Below, piece after piece: positions 1 to 10,404 of a stretch of DNA of 64,000 nucleotides. Source of the stretch: a virus; the IMG/VR virus record IMGVR_UViG_3300027749_000070, positions 27,247 through 91,246 of that record. One strand, written 5' to 3'. The notes below the pieces were generated by a model that worked only from the letters and a program-made list of their open reading frames with translations, was not told the DNA's origin and did no database searches. The position numbers and the translations under genes were made by a program. Every line of letters starts with the position of its first letter. Position 1 is the first letter of the stretch.

Positions 1-116
1 TTTTTCTTTTAGTTTGTCCATATATGTATATGAATGGTTTAGAATTACTAATAATAAATTGAATTCTTGTTCTTTTATCTAACCTTTTTATTCCTCGAAA
101 AATTCTCAATCTCTTT

Positions 117-1685
117 TTAGACATTCTTAGGACGCATTTGAGGAAATAATAAAACATCTTGTATAGACGCTTGTCCTGTCATCAACATAGCCAATCTATC
201 TATACCTATGCCTATACCAGCAGTTGGTGGCATACCATATTCTAATGCTTGTATATAATCATTATCAATATACATAGCTTCGTCATCACCTCTATCCATT
301 AGTTCCATCTGTTCTTCAAAACGGTGTCTTTGATCAATAGGATCATTTAACTCACTATATGCATTAGCTATTTCTTTACCATTGACTATTAACTCAAATC
401 TTTCAACTAAACCTTCTTTTGAACGATGTTTTTTAGTTAAAGGACTCATTTCAATAGGATAATCTATGATAAATGTTGGTTGTATATAATGGTGTTCGCA
501 GCAATTACCAAATATAGTGTCAATTAACTTACCTTTACCATCAGTTTGACTGACTTTTATATTTAATTGACTACAAGTATCAAGTAATTGACGTTGTTGC
601 ATATTAGAAATATCTATACCAGTATGTTCTTTAATAGAATCATAGATACTAATTCTTTTATATGGACCCTTAAAATCTATTACATTATTACCTACCGTAA
701 AACTATAAGAAGGATAAGAGCAATCTTCACAATTTACTTGATATGCTATATATTCTAACATTTTCTCAGTAGTATTCATCATCCACTCATAATCTTTATA
801 TGCAGCATAATATTCCATAACCGTGAACTCTGGGTTATGTGTTCTATCCATGCCTTCATTTCTAAAATTACGACTAAATTCATAAACAGAATCAAACCCA
901 CCTACAATCAATCTCTTTAAATATAGTTCATTTGCAATACGTAAATATAAAGGTATATCTAATGCATTATGATGCGTCTTAAATGGGCGAGCGGCAGCTC
1001 CACCTGGTATACTTTGTAATACCGGTGTATCAACTTCTAATGCACCTAAACTATTTAGGTGGGTCCGCATAGCGTTTTTTAATATGGTTATTTTTCTAAA
1101 AGTAGTTTTCACTTCTGGATTAATAATCAAATCAACATAACGATGCCTATATCTAAATTCAGGATCATTTACTTTATCAAATTCTTGTCCATCTTTCTCC
1201 TTTGTAATAGGAAGCGGATGTAAACTCTTCGATAATAATGTAAATTCTGTGACATGAATAGTTGTTTCGCCGGTTTTTGTAGTAAAGACATAACCTTTTA
1301 CGCCGATAAAATCTCCTATATCAAGTAGTTTTTTCCATACGGTATTATAAAGAGTTTTATCTTCATTAGGACAAATATCATCTCTTTTTATGTATAATTG
1401 TATTTTACTAGTTCCATCCTGGATATAAGCAAAATTAGCTTTACCCATATCTTGTATAGACATAAGCCTACCCGCAATAGAAACTTTATCGAACTCCATA
1501 TAAATATCAAGTTCATCGCTATCAGCTAAAATCAATCTTTGGTTATCATAAGTTTCCTTTACATACATAGCATGTATGTAGTTTATATTATGTGTAGTTT
1601 CGTAAGTAGCTGCTGGATAGGGATTTATACCTAACGCTATAAGCTGTTCTAATTTTTGCCTTCTTATTATTTCTTGTTCTGTCAT
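117..1685 (-). CDS. lysS: Lysine--tRNA ligase (class II)
   Basis: OB-fold N-terminus (GRLMS..MGKANF), [16 protein letters not shown], motif 2 [14 protein letters not shown], motif 3 [16 protein letters not shown]. The [19 protein letters not shown] segment is Bacteroidota-like. Confidence 0.97.
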   Translation of the reverse strand: MTEQEIIRRQKLEQLIALGINPYPAATYETTHNINYIHAMYVKETYDNQRLILADSDELDIYMEFDKVSIAGRLMSIQDMGKANFAYIQDGTSKIQLYIKRDDICPNEDKTLYNTVWKKLLDIGDFIGVKGYVFTTKTGETTIHVTEFTLLSKSLHPLPITKEKDGQEFDKVNDPEFRYRHRYVDLIINPEVKTTFRKITILKNAMRTHLNSLGALEVDTPVLQSIPGGAAARPFKTHHNALDIPLYLRIANELYLKRLIVGGFDSVYEFSRNFRNEGMDRTHNPEFTVMEYYAAYKDYEWMMNTTEKMLEYIAYQVNCEDCSYPSYSFTVGNNVIDFKGPYKRISIYDSIKEHTGIDISNMQQRQLLDTCSQLNIKVSQTDGKGKLIDTIFGNCCEHHYIQPTFIIDYPIEMSPLTKKHRSKEGLVERFELIVNGKEIANAYSELNDPIDQRHRFEEQMELMDRGDDEAMYIDNDYIQALEYGMPPTAGIGIGIDRLAMLMTGQASIQDVLLFPQMRPKNV

Positions 1686-1695
1686 TTTCTTTTAT

Positions 1696-1977
1696 TTAAA
1701 AATCATAATCAACATCTTCCTCATCATATTCTTCCTCACCATAATCGTCATAATCCATATCTTCATCATCATCGTCATCATATTCTTCATCTTCAACTAC
1801 TTCCTCTGCGGTTTCATGTAAGATTAGATGATCGACTTCTAAATCTAGATTAGATAATTTTGCTTCATCATTTAATTTAGTTAAATATTCGGAAGCACCA
1901 AGAATACCTATTCTTCTTAGTTTATAATTTTCAATAATTTCGGCTAATTTTATATAAAAATCTATATGGTCTAACAT
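1696..1977 (-). CDS. Hypothetical protein with very acidic C-terminal tail
   Basis: 93-aa ORF in an operon with lysS; last third is almost all D/E/Y. Confidence 0.7.
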   Translation of the reverse strand: MLDHIDFYIKLAEIIENYKLRRIGILGASEYLTKLNDEAKLSNLDLEVDHLILHETAEEVVEDEEYDDDDDEDMDYDDYGEEEYDEEDVDYDF

Positions 1978-2228
1978 CTAAATAAAACTTGTTTTGGTTC
2001 TTCAAACGAAACAAATCCAGATGGAAAACCAGATGGAATTTTTGTTTCTAATTCTTGTATTTTTTCTTTGATATGTTCAATTGGAACTGTAGTTGGTTCT
2101 TCTGCTACATGTTCGAATAGGCTATTCAAAGTTTCTTTAATAATTATTACTTGCTTTTCAGTCGGCATACCATCACATGCATCAAGAAATCCTTTCAGCC
2201 AAATAGCATATCTTTGTGTTTTTGTCAT
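1971..2228 (-). CDS. Hypothetical protein, paralog of 2231-2470
   Basis: WLKGFLD..TEKQVIIIKETL matches WLQGFFE..TEKQTQIIKNHL; start moved to the ATG just after the upstream stop. Confidence 0.75.
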   Translation of the reverse strand: MTKTQRYAIWLKGFLDACDGMPTEKQVIIIKETLNSLFEHVAEEPTTVPIEHIKEKIQELETKIPSGFPSGFVSFEEPKQVLFRC

Positions 2229-2230
2229 AT

Positions 2231-2470
2231 TTAACATTTTACTTTTGGATTATTTCCATTTTTTGGAGGTCGTGGATTTACTCTACCATCATGTATATCT
2301 TGCATAGTATTTAAAACTTCTACATCTTCGGAATAAGAAGGATCTATTTCATACATAAATACCAGTTTAAGATGGTTCTTAATAATTTGTGTCTGCTTTT
2401 CAGTTAAAGTATTTGTCTCCGATAATTCGAAGAAACCCTGCAGCCAATAAATAAACGATTTGCTTTCCAT
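2231..2470 (-). CDS. Hypothetical phage protein (YWLQGFFE family)
   Basis: First ORF after a Bacteroidota-type promoter; paralog of the next gene. Confidence 0.8.
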   Translation of the reverse strand: MESKSFIYWLQGFFELSETNTLTEKQTQIIKNHLKLVFMYEIDPSYSEDVEVLNTMQDIHDGRVNPRPPKNGNNPKVKC

Positions 2471-2504
2471 TTTTATTTTTATTTTTTGTTAAAAATTATT
2501 TTTA

Positions 2505-2535
2505 CAAATATACAAAAAAATTTTAAAAAAACAAA
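2505..2535 (-). promoter_or_regulatory. Bacteroidota sigma-A type promoter for the lysS operon
   Basis: TTTG (2535-2532)-N19-TATATTTG (2512-2505). Confidence 0.65.
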
Positions 2536-2579
2536 CTTTTTAGATAAAAAACTTTAAATGATTTTTGACTAATAGTTAA

Positions 2580-3746
2580 ATGGATACAGCATATATCAAA
2601 ACTTTAGCTCAAACAATTTTAAGCAAAGCTTTTACCGACCCAAATAGAAGAAATATAGTCACCTATGATAATAGAATTAATTTCTGTTGTCCAGTATGCG
2701 GTGACTCAGCTAGGTCAGCTGCTAAAAAAAGAGGTAATATATTTTTTGATAAACTATTTTTCAAATGCTTCAACTGCGGTCATCAATCCTCACTAAATAA
2801 GTTATGCAAACATTTTGAAATACAAATAGATCCTACTAAAAGATTAGAAATGATCGAGTATCTGAGCACCATAGTTTCTAACTCTGATTATAAAACAGAT
2901 ATGTCAGATGTTAATTTTGATGAATTACTTAATCTATCCGATTTAACAAGGATATTTAGTAGTGGCGAAACTATTTTAACTGACTTTAAACCAATTACTA
3001 AAAATAGTTTAGTATATAATTATCTTACAGAGCGAGGTATAACCGAAACTATGCATCAAAATATTTATGAAGCTAAACATTGGTTAAATGAGGAAAGATA
3101 TGAACCAGTTATGGTTCTACTAAATAGACATGGTGATAAAGTGTTGGGTATTCAAACAAGAAACTTAAAATCTGGAAAATATAGAAGTTTTAAGATTTAT
3201 AATTTTGAAACTCTTTATAAATGGGTTCACAATATTTCTAATGACGAAATCGATGATGTAGATTTAAACCAATTATTAATTTATAATAAATTAAGCTATT
3301 TCTTTAATATACTAAATATAGATTTTGATTCTACGATTAGTATATTTGAAGGATATTTAGATTCCTTATTTTATCCAAATTCTGTTGGTGTTGTTGGTGT
3401 TAATACTAATATGAGTATATTAGAATCAAACAATCTAGATATACAATATTTCTACGATAATGATGAAGCTGGATTTCTAAAATCAGAGCAAAAAATTAAA
3501 GCTGGATATAAAATATTCTTATGGAAAAAATTATTTGAAGATATTGTTGAAAAGAAAAATTCTTCAGATCCTTATTCTTTAATGCATAGAATATCACAGG
3601 TTAAAGATTTAAATAAATTAGCACAATTAGTTCCAAATCCTTATAAAAAATTAGATTTAGATAAATATTTTAGTAAAGATATTTATGATTTAAAATGGAT
3701 TCCCAAAAAAATAAAACAACCATATAAAAAGTTCACTAAGAATTAA
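2580..3746 (+). CDS. DNA primase, T4 gp61-like
   Basis: Zn ribbon CPVCGDS...CFNCG; TOPRIM motifs FEGYLD and YDNDEAG; KDLN. Confidence 0.9.
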   Translation: MDTAYIKTLAQTILSKAFTDPNRRNIVTYDNRINFCCPVCGDSARSAAKKRGNIFFDKLFFKCFNCGHQSSLNKLCKHFEIQIDPTKRLEMIEYLSTIVSNSDYKTDMSDVNFDELLNLSDLTRIFSSGETILTDFKPITKNSLVYNYLTERGITETMHQNIYEAKHWLNEERYEPVMVLLNRHGDKVLGIQTRNLKSGKYRSFKIYNFETLYKWVHNISNDEIDDVDLNQLLIYNKLSYFFNILNIDFDSTISIFEGYLDSLFYPNSVGVVGVNTNMSILESNNLDIQYFYDNDEAGFLKSEQKIKAGYKIFLWKKLFEDIVEKKNSSDPYSLMHRISQVKDLNKLAQLVPNPYKKLDLDKYFSKDIYDLKWIPKKIKQPYKKFTKN

Positions 3747-3756
3747 TATATAGTTA

Positions 3757-4305
3757 ATGAAGTTTTTAAAAAAATATAAATCAATTGGTAAATTAAATGA
3801 AGATTCATCAAATGAGGAAACCATTTATTATCAAGGTAGCATAGAAGGAATTATACAAAAAGCAAAAGGTGATGAAAACATCACAAATGCGATGAAAAAA
3901 CTATCTGAATTATGTAATGGCTTATCGCTTGGTGATAGTATTGGATTTCATGTTGAAATAATAGATAATTATACTACAATAAGAGGACATATTGGTGATA
4001 ATGATGACAATTCATATTCATTTGGGTTTAAATGTATAAATGGTAATTGCGAATTAGACTATTTCACAAGCTCTGATAATTGGTGGAAATATTTATCAGG
4101 GTTTGTAATGTGGTCTTCATTACAAACTTGGAATCAAGAAGAACAAGAAATGGTTAGAAGTATTTACAAAGATGCTAGATCCAAAAAATCTTATACAAGA
4201 GAAATGGCTCTTATAAAAAGAGAAATACCTTTTTTATGGAATTTATTGAAAAAAGTGGAAAATCCAGAAAAATTAGAAGCTGCTGCTGATATAGGTGAAG
4301 ATTAA
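3757..4305 (+). CDS. Hypothetical late protein (putative head-internal)
   Basis: TAATATATA at 3744-3752; N-terminus MKFLKKY..LNE; C-terminus resembles that of 42090-43415. Confidence 0.7.
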   Translation: MKFLKKYKSIGKLNEDSSNEETIYYQGSIEGIIQKAKGDENITNAMKKLSELCNGLSLGDSIGFHVEIIDNYTTIRGHIGDNDDNSYSFGFKCINGNCELDYFTSSDNWWKYLSGFVMWSSLQTWNQEEQEMVRSIYKDARSKKSYTREMALIKREIPFLWNLLKKVENPEKLEAAADIGED

Positions 4306-4306
4306 T

Positions 4307-4795
4307 TTATATAAAGGTATATTTACTTTTTTTATATTTTAAATTTTTCATTTTCAAAAATCTTTTAAATGGCATTGTTCCTCTTTCTGAGTTGCAAGGT
4401 TGACAGCATACCATTAAATTAACCTTGCAGTTATTACCACCAGAAGCTATTGGTATTATATGATCTGTTGTTGCATTTTCTTCGGTTAATTTAGTTTCAC
4501 AATAAATACATTTAGCATTTCTATTAGCCGCTACAAATTCTTTAGCAAATCCAATAGTTCTGCGTTTAACGTTTTTTCCGTTCCATTTAAGTCCAATTAC
4601 AATAAAGTTTCTATGATTCTTAAACTTTTTTCTAGCAATTTCGCAACGAACATAATTCTTATTAAAGTGAACTAATAATTGAATTATATATCTCCATTTT
4701 TTATAGAATACAAAGTCTACCTTTAAAAAGTGTTCTGTTTTTGCTCTATAAATTCTTTTTAACCTGTTAAGATCTTCTAATATCTTTTTAAACAT
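4307..4795 (-). CDS. HNH endonuclease
   Basis: CIYC...TTDHIIPIASGGNN..NLMVCCQPCNSERG. Confidence 0.88.
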   Translation of the reverse strand: MFKKILEDLNRLKRIYRAKTEHFLKVDFVFYKKWRYIIQLLVHFNKNYVRCEIARKKFKNHRNFIVIGLKWNGKNVKRRTIGFAKEFVAANRNAKCIYCETKLTEENATTDHIIPIASGGNNCKVNLMVCCQPCNSERGTMPFKRFLKMKNLKYKKSKYTFI

Positions 4796-4875
4796 TTAAA
4801 TATAAAAATAACCTTTAATTTCAAAAGTATTATTTTTTATTATAATATATATTACATAAAAAAATATAGTTTATC

Positions 4876-5172
4876 ATGAAAAAATTTTTTATGGATTTAT
4901 TAAGTGCCAATAGCCCACTAAGCTCAAAAAGATTTGCTGGTTTAATCACTTTATTCTCTTGTATTATTTTAGCATTTTTTGGTGCTGCTGAAAATAAATG
5001 GGTCACACCTGAATTTATGTATAATGGTTTATTACTTGTTGTAGCTGGTTTATTTGGCTTCAATATGGCTGAAAGTATCTTTAAAAAATCTGATTCTAAA
5101 GTTGCCGATGCAGCAAAAGATATTCCAAAAGAAGAGCAACTAGAAAAAGAAGCAGATGATAAAGTTGAATAA
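4876..5172 (+). CDS. Small two-TM membrane protein (holin-like)
   Basis: SSKRF, two hydrophobic helices, charged C-terminal tail. Confidence 0.55.
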   Translation: MKKFFMDLLSANSPLSSKRFAGLITLFSCIILAFFGAAENKWVTPEFMYNGLLLVVAGLFGFNMAESIFKKSDSKVADAAKDIPKEEQLEKEADDKVE

Positions 5173-5201
5173 AAAAAACCACTCAAATTGAGTGGGTTTT
5201 T
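5172..5201. terminator. Bidirectional intrinsic terminator
   Basis: AAAAACCACTCA-AAT-TGAGTGGGTTTTT between convergent genes. Confidence 0.7.
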
Positions 5202-5965
5202 AATTCAAATAAATCTCTATCTTTTAAAAATGGTAATTCATTTCTTACCTGTTGTAGCCATTGTGCATCTAACTCAAAATCTTTTATCTCCGATTTATCA
5301 GACATACAAGATACATTACCAAGTGGGTCTATTACCTGACTATTACCTGAATAAATATGTCCATTGCCATCTATTCCAGCTCTATTTACACCAATTACAT
5401 AGCATTGATTTTCAATTGCTCTGGCTTGTAAAAGAGTATTCCAAGCCAAACTTCTTTTAGCCGGCCAACTAGCTACATATACAATTACATCATAATCATC
5501 TTGATTACGAGCAAATACAGGAAATCTTAAATCAAAACAAATTTGCAAAAGTATTCTCCAGCCATTTATATTTACTATTTTCCTTTCTGTTCCTTGTGTA
5601 TAAAACTTATCTTCACCAGCATAAGTAAATAAATGTTTTTTATCATAATACTCAATAGATTGGTCTTTAACACATAATAATCTATTAAATGGCTTTATTT
5701 CACCTTTATCATAAATTATGATACTACCCATTATGTAGGCATTCTTTTCAATAGACATTATTTGCATCCATTCGGTAGTATAACCATCTTTTGGTTCGGC
5801 TAAACTGGTTTCCATAGTAAACCCAGTAGTAAACATTTCCGGCAAAATAATAACATCCGTATTGGATGTTATATTATTTATAGTTTCCTCATATTTAAGA
5901 AGATTACTTATTTTATTTTCCCAGATTATATCAGGCTGGATTATCGTTATTTTTAGATTTTGCAT
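5183..5965 (-). CDS. Nitrilase-superfamily amidohydrolase (omega-amidase / YafV-like)
   Basis: E-K-C triad in LPEMF, YDKKHLF, ICFDLRFP; ARAIENQCYV. Confidence 0.92.
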   Translation of the reverse strand: MQNLKITIIQPDIIWENKISNLLKYEETINNITSNTDVIILPEMFTTGFTMETSLAEPKDGYTTEWMQIMSIEKNAYIMGSIIIYDKGEIKPFNRLLCVKDQSIEYYDKKHLFTYAGEDKFYTQGTERKIVNINGWRILLQICFDLRFPVFARNQDDYDVIVYVASWPAKRSLAWNTLLQARAIENQCYVIGVNRAGIDGNGHIYSGNSQVIDPLGNVSCMSDKSEIKDFELDAQWLQQVRNELPFLKDRDLFELKTHSI

Positions 5966-7034
5966 CCTTTTTTAATTTTTTAGTAAACTTCTTTTTTACA
6001 GGTTTTGTTAATAGATTAGCTACTTTTACTTTTTGTAAAGCAGTATAATTTGGTTGGCTAAAATCGTTAGTAGAAAATTGTAGTGTATTTGCCATACTAT
6101 TTGGTCCCATAAATTTTAATATAGAACTATCTTTATTAGAAATAGATGGACCCATATCAATGGCTTCTGCTATGTTAATTTCTGTTTTTATATTACCTTT
6201 ATTAGAAGTATCATAAACATTAAATTTCATCTTATCATATATAGCGGATTTAAATTCAAAGAATTTTTTAACATGCTCTACATTTTTCTTATCATCATCA
6301 GAAAATCCAATTGAAACTTTTGCGTTTATTTTAGAACCATATTCATTACATATTTCTATAAATTTCCCAAGTACCATTTTTTTAGCCTCTTCAATTCTTA
6401 TTGAACCACTAATTTTAAAATCTTTTTTGAAAGATTCTGATAAAGGAACACCAACACCATAATATTTACAACATTCTAAATATGTTTTAATTAAATCATT
6501 TTCAGTAAATTTACAATTATATTTTCTAGTATAAGATCTTTTTTCAAAAACTTTTGCAAATTTCAAACAATTTTCATACATTAAATCCTGTTGCTCAACA
6601 GTCAAACAATTATCTATAACATATTTTGCACCTTCTTTTATGGTATTATACTCATGCCCCCTTGCAGTAATAATTGCAAATAAAGCACCTTCTGTTAGAC
6701 ACTTTATAAATTTATTCCAAGAAGGACCAAATGCCCCTTCTTCAATTGCTAATCTAACATCATTGACAAATGATTTATTACCACGTGGACCAAAATCTCT
6801 AAATTCTTCATAAGCCTTAGCTGCGTCATTGTCACGAATTCTATAATTAGAATCATCTCTTATTAAAGCAAATTCGGATGGTGATATAGAGACTTGTTCC
6901 CAAGTACCATTAACTAATTTATCCATATAAATTATGGTTGGCATGTGTAGAATATTGTCATCCCAGTCAAAACCATAGTAAAAAAGTCTATTTACCTTAT
7001 TATTTTCCATAAATGAATTATAATTATTCAGCAT
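5931..7034 (-). CDS. HAD-superfamily protein
   Basis: FDWDDNIL (motif I), ITARGH (II), K (III), GFSDDD (IV); late motif upstream. Confidence 0.7.
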   Translation of the reverse strand: MLNNYNSFMENNKVNRLFYYGFDWDDNILHMPTIIYMDKLVNGTWEQVSISPSEFALIRDDSNYRIRDNDAAKAYEEFRDFGPRGNKSFVNDVRLAIEEGAFGPSWNKFIKCLTEGALFAIITARGHEYNTIKEGAKYVIDNCLTVEQQDLMYENCLKFAKVFEKRSYTRKYNCKFTENDLIKTYLECCKYYGVGVPLSESFKKDFKISGSIRIEEAKKMVLGKFIEICNEYGSKINAKVSIGFSDDDKKNVEHVKKFFEFKSAIYDKMKFNVYDTSNKGNIKTEINIAEAIDMGPSISNKDSSILKFMGPNSMANTLQFSTNDFSQPNYTALQKVKVANLLTKPVKKKFTKKLKKDAKSKNNDNPA

Positions 7035-7139
7035 ATATTATATATTATATCACAAAATTACAAAAAAATCTTTTAATTATCAAATATTATGCGATATTTC
7101 TTTTTAGATAGGGACATATCAATTATTTATATATAATTT

Positions 7140-8018
7140 ATGATAATAAGTAAAAAAGTATTGGTAAAAATATCTTCTAGTAATTTTAAATGGTATAAAA
7201 ATAAAGGATATGAAGTTTGCAATGGTAAAATTATAGAAATTGATATAGAAGATATTACAAAATCATCTAGTGTTATATTGGATGTGAAATGTGATGAATG
7301 TGGAAATATAAATACTTTAATGCACAATAGATACATTAATAATATAATGAAAAATGAAAAATATTTTTGCAAAAATTGTGGCACTAAAAATGCAAGCAAA
7401 ACTAATATTATAAAATACGGTTCAAAATCACCACTTACAAATATAAAAATTATTAAAAAAACAAAAGAAACTATGCTCAATAAATTTGGCGTAGATAATA
7501 TTTCCAAAGCTGATTATATCAAAAAGGAAAGATCTGAATTAATGAAAATTAATTCAGATGATTATAATAAAATTATACATAGTAAATATGGTTCAAATGT
7601 ATCTAAATTAGACTGGATTAAAGAAAAGAAAAAAGAAACTTGTTTAAAAAATTGGGGTGTAGAGAATCCATCTCAAAACCCTTTTCTTTTTGAAAAGGCA
7701 CAAAAAGCTGGTAAAAAAATTAAATTACATGAAATCGGCTTATATTATCGTGGAACTTATGAAAAACATTTTTTGGATTATTGCCAATTAAATAATATAA
7801 TAGTTGAAAAAGGTCCGTCAATAAGTTTTATATTCAATGGTAAGAAAAAATATTATCATTCTGATTTTTATATAAAGGATAGAAATATAATAATAGAGGT
7901 TAAATCCTCATATTATTATGAAAAATATAAAGACTTAAATATAGAAAAAGAAAAAGCAGCCATTAATAATGGATATAATTTCTTGTTTCTAATTGATAAA
8001 AATTATAAACAAATTTAA
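7140..8018 (+). mobile_element. Free-standing putative homing endonuclease (PD-(D/E)xK C-terminus)
   Basis: CDEC/CKNC, repeated K[YFW]G..N/S segments, C-terminal YHSDFY..IIEVKS. Confidence 0.7.
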
Positions 8019-8359
8019 ATTGTGGTAAATATAATCTCAAATTTAAATCCTTTATTTTCTAATGATTTAATATAAAAATTAATATATTGTGGATCACCCT
8101 CCATTTTTAAAATATAATAGCTATCAGGAGAAGATATAGTTATTGGCATTTTACTATTTTTAGAACCAATTTTATATACATTATATTTTTCATCATCAAA
8201 ATCCTTCTTTATAAAGGAAACGGCTCTATTATAAAGTTCATTAGTATCAAATTCTAATTCCGCAATAGAATTAGGTAACCCAATTCTATCTTTTGAGTCA
8301 TCAATTATATTTCCATCAAAATCTACATTAAATGCTTCAAATAATTTTAAATATTTCAT
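8015..8359 (-). CDS. Hypothetical protein with capsid-targeting-like N-terminus
   Basis: Start at the internal Met gives MKYLKLFEAFN; the upstream in-frame part overlaps a TCCCGGA..TCCGGGA hairpin. Confidence 0.7.
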   Translation of the reverse strand: MKYLKLFEAFNVDFDGNIIDDSKDRIGLPNSIAELEFDTNELYNRAVSFIKKDFDDEKYNVYKIGSKNSKMPITISSPDSYYILKMEGDPQYINFYIKSLENKGFKFEIIFTTI

Positions 8360-8435
8360 TTTGTTAATTTTTTCAAAAGCAAAATCCCGGAAGCTTGACT
8401 GAATCAATTACATCCGGGACTTTAAATTTTTAAAA

Positions 8436-8753
8436 TTATTTCTTTTTTCTTAAAAAAGATGCAAAAGATTCTAATTTTGCTTCACCAATTGGCGCTTGTG
8501 CTTGTGCTTGTGCTGGAGCTCCGAAATCTTCTTCTTCTTCTTCTTCTCCACCTTCGATATCCATATCTTCTTCACCTTCTTCTGGTAATTCTTCCATACC
8601 TTCCTCGTTTCCCATGTCTTCGTGGTCTTCACCACCTTCTAGTTCAAATTCTTCAACTACTTCATCATCTTGCATAGCGGAAACCTTGATTGTATTTTCT
8701 TCAGTTTCTTCTATTGTGATCATATAGCCATGTACTTCAAATGTTAATTTCAT
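8436..8753 (-). CDS. Acidic late protein (possible scaffold or core)
   Basis: Glu-rich; late motif at 8770-8778; ends KLESFASFLRKKK. Confidence 0.65.
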   Translation of the reverse strand: MKLTFEVHGYMITIEETEENTIKVSAMQDDEVVEEFELEGGEDHEDMGNEEGMEELPEEGEEDMDIEGGEEEEEEDFGAPAQAQAQAPIGEAKLESFASFLRKKK

Positions 8754-8829
8754 ATTACTATTTTTCTTTTATATATTAAAATTATATATTGCTTTTTAAA
8801 TCTTTTAATAAATCTATCATATAATTACT

Positions 8830-9489
8830 ATGAAAAAATTAGCATCGGATTACCGAAATTATCTCAATTCTAGAATACCCGAAAGTATTGTTAAGAAAAC
8901 AATTCAAAATAATTCTAACTTTATCATTGATAATGAAAAAGGATTTATGTTGGATATTTATACAAAACTATTAAATGATAGAATCGTGTTCCTTAATGAC
9001 GAAATTGATACATATACCTCTGAATTAGTTAAAAGTCAATTACTTTACTTAGAACAATTAGACAATAAAAAAGATATTAAAATGTATATTAATTCACCAG
9101 GTGGCTCAGTATATGACGGCTTAGGTATACTAGATACAATGGACTATATTAGACCAGATATTATTACCATAAATACTGGCTTAGCAGCTTCAATGGCAGC
9201 TGTTATACTTTGTTATGGTACAGAAGGCAAAAGAAAATCATTAAAGCGTTCTAGAACAATGATACATCAACCAATTGGTTATACTGGTTATGCACAAGCT
9301 TCGGATATAGAAATTGATGCAAAAGAAATTAATTCTCTTAAAAAAGAATTATATGAAATTATATCAGAAAGAACTGGACAGCAGTATGATAAAGTAGAAA
9401 GAGATTCTGATAGAGATTATTGGATGACATCCACTGAGGCAAAAAAATATGGTATAATTGACGAAGTGATAAAAACAAGAAAAAAGTAA
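8830..9489 (+). CDS. clpP: ATP-dependent Clp protease proteolytic subunit
   Basis: YINSPGGSV, catalytic S (GLAASMA), H (MIHQP), D (DRDYWM). Confidence 0.95.
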   Translation: MKKLASDYRNYLNSRIPESIVKKTIQNNSNFIIDNEKGFMLDIYTKLLNDRIVFLNDEIDTYTSELVKSQLLYLEQLDNKKDIKMYINSPGGSVYDGLGILDTMDYIRPDIITINTGLAASMAAVILCYGTEGKRKSLKRSRTMIHQPIGYTGYAQASDIEIDAKEINSLKKELYEIISERTGQQYDKVERDSDRDYWMTSTEAKKYGIIDEVIKTRKK

Positions 9490-9511
9490 TATATAACAAA
9501 ATAAAAAAATT

Positions 9512-10336
9512 ATGAAAGAAACTAAAAAGAAATATTTAAACTCTGAGTTTTTAAGCACTGCTGTTTGTTATTGTATACCTGAAACAAAAGCTACTATTAA
9601 TTATTTAGAGCAAATTGAAACTGGAGAAAATGATGGTTATAAAGAATTTTCAATTCAAGTTAAACAAACAGATATTTATTGTGAAAAAATAACTGTACCA
9701 AAAACAATAAATAATATCCTTATTAATACTTTAATTAAAAAGTTATATAATAAATATATGGATTTAGCGAGTAATAATGATAAAAGTATAAAGTCAAAGC
9801 TACCAAATCATAAAAATAATTTTCTAACTAATTGGATTAAAAAAGATTATAACTTCTTAATTGAAGATAATGATGAGGATTCAAGAAGATTAATTACTAG
9901 AATAATACATACTAGCAATAATATGGCGGTTAATAGTAGAATTGGTCCTTCTAATTTTATTGTAATTAGTCCAAAATTAATACCTATTTTACAAAATTCA
10001 ACTAGTTTTATTTATTCATTTAATAATATTAAAGAATATGAAAGTATAACAACAATTGGAAACTTAATGGATTTATGTGTGTTTGTAAATTACGATTCTT
10101 GTTCCGATGAAATCTTAATAGGACGACATTCAAGTCAAAATAATTTTGGTGGGGTTGCTCTATTAGAAAATTCTATTAATATAGAAGATAAATTTATTAC
10201 TTGGATTGGAGCTATTGATTTTATGTCACCTACATCAAAGTATATGTTTGACACTATCAAAGTTAAAATTGTAGAAGAATTACCATGGTATAAACAATTT
10301 GTTTATAAAATTCTTAAAAAGAGAAAGTTAATTTAA
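9512..10336 (+). CDS. Truncated paralog of a gp23/gp24-type capsid protein (tentative)
   Basis: SNNMAVNSRIGPSNFIVISP resembles T4-type capsid ANxIAxxTRRGxGNFIIxS; IGNL..VFVN..DEILIGR follows. Confidence 0.5.
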   Translation: MKETKKKYLNSEFLSTAVCYCIPETKATINYLEQIETGENDGYKEFSIQVKQTDIYCEKITVPKTINNILINTLIKKLYNKYMDLASNNDKSIKSKLPNHKNNFLTNWIKKDYNFLIEDNDEDSRRLITRIIHTSNNMAVNSRIGPSNFIVISPKLIPILQNSTSFIYSFNNIKEYESITTIGNLMDLCVFVNYDSCSDEILIGRHSSQNNFGGVALLENSINIEDKFITWIGAIDFMSPTSKYMFDTIKVKIVEELPWYKQFVYKILKKRKLI

Positions 10337-10404
10337 TTACACTTACTATTACTAAATTCCATAACTATTATATAAACCATTAAAGTTTTTTTAATATAAT
10401 AGTT

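Noticed and set aside
1-9489. Bacterial chromosome origin of the window (lysS, clpP, nitrilase)
   Set aside because: These genes are interleaved with T4-like primase, UvsW, baseplate genes and late promoter motifs, without bacterial operon context.
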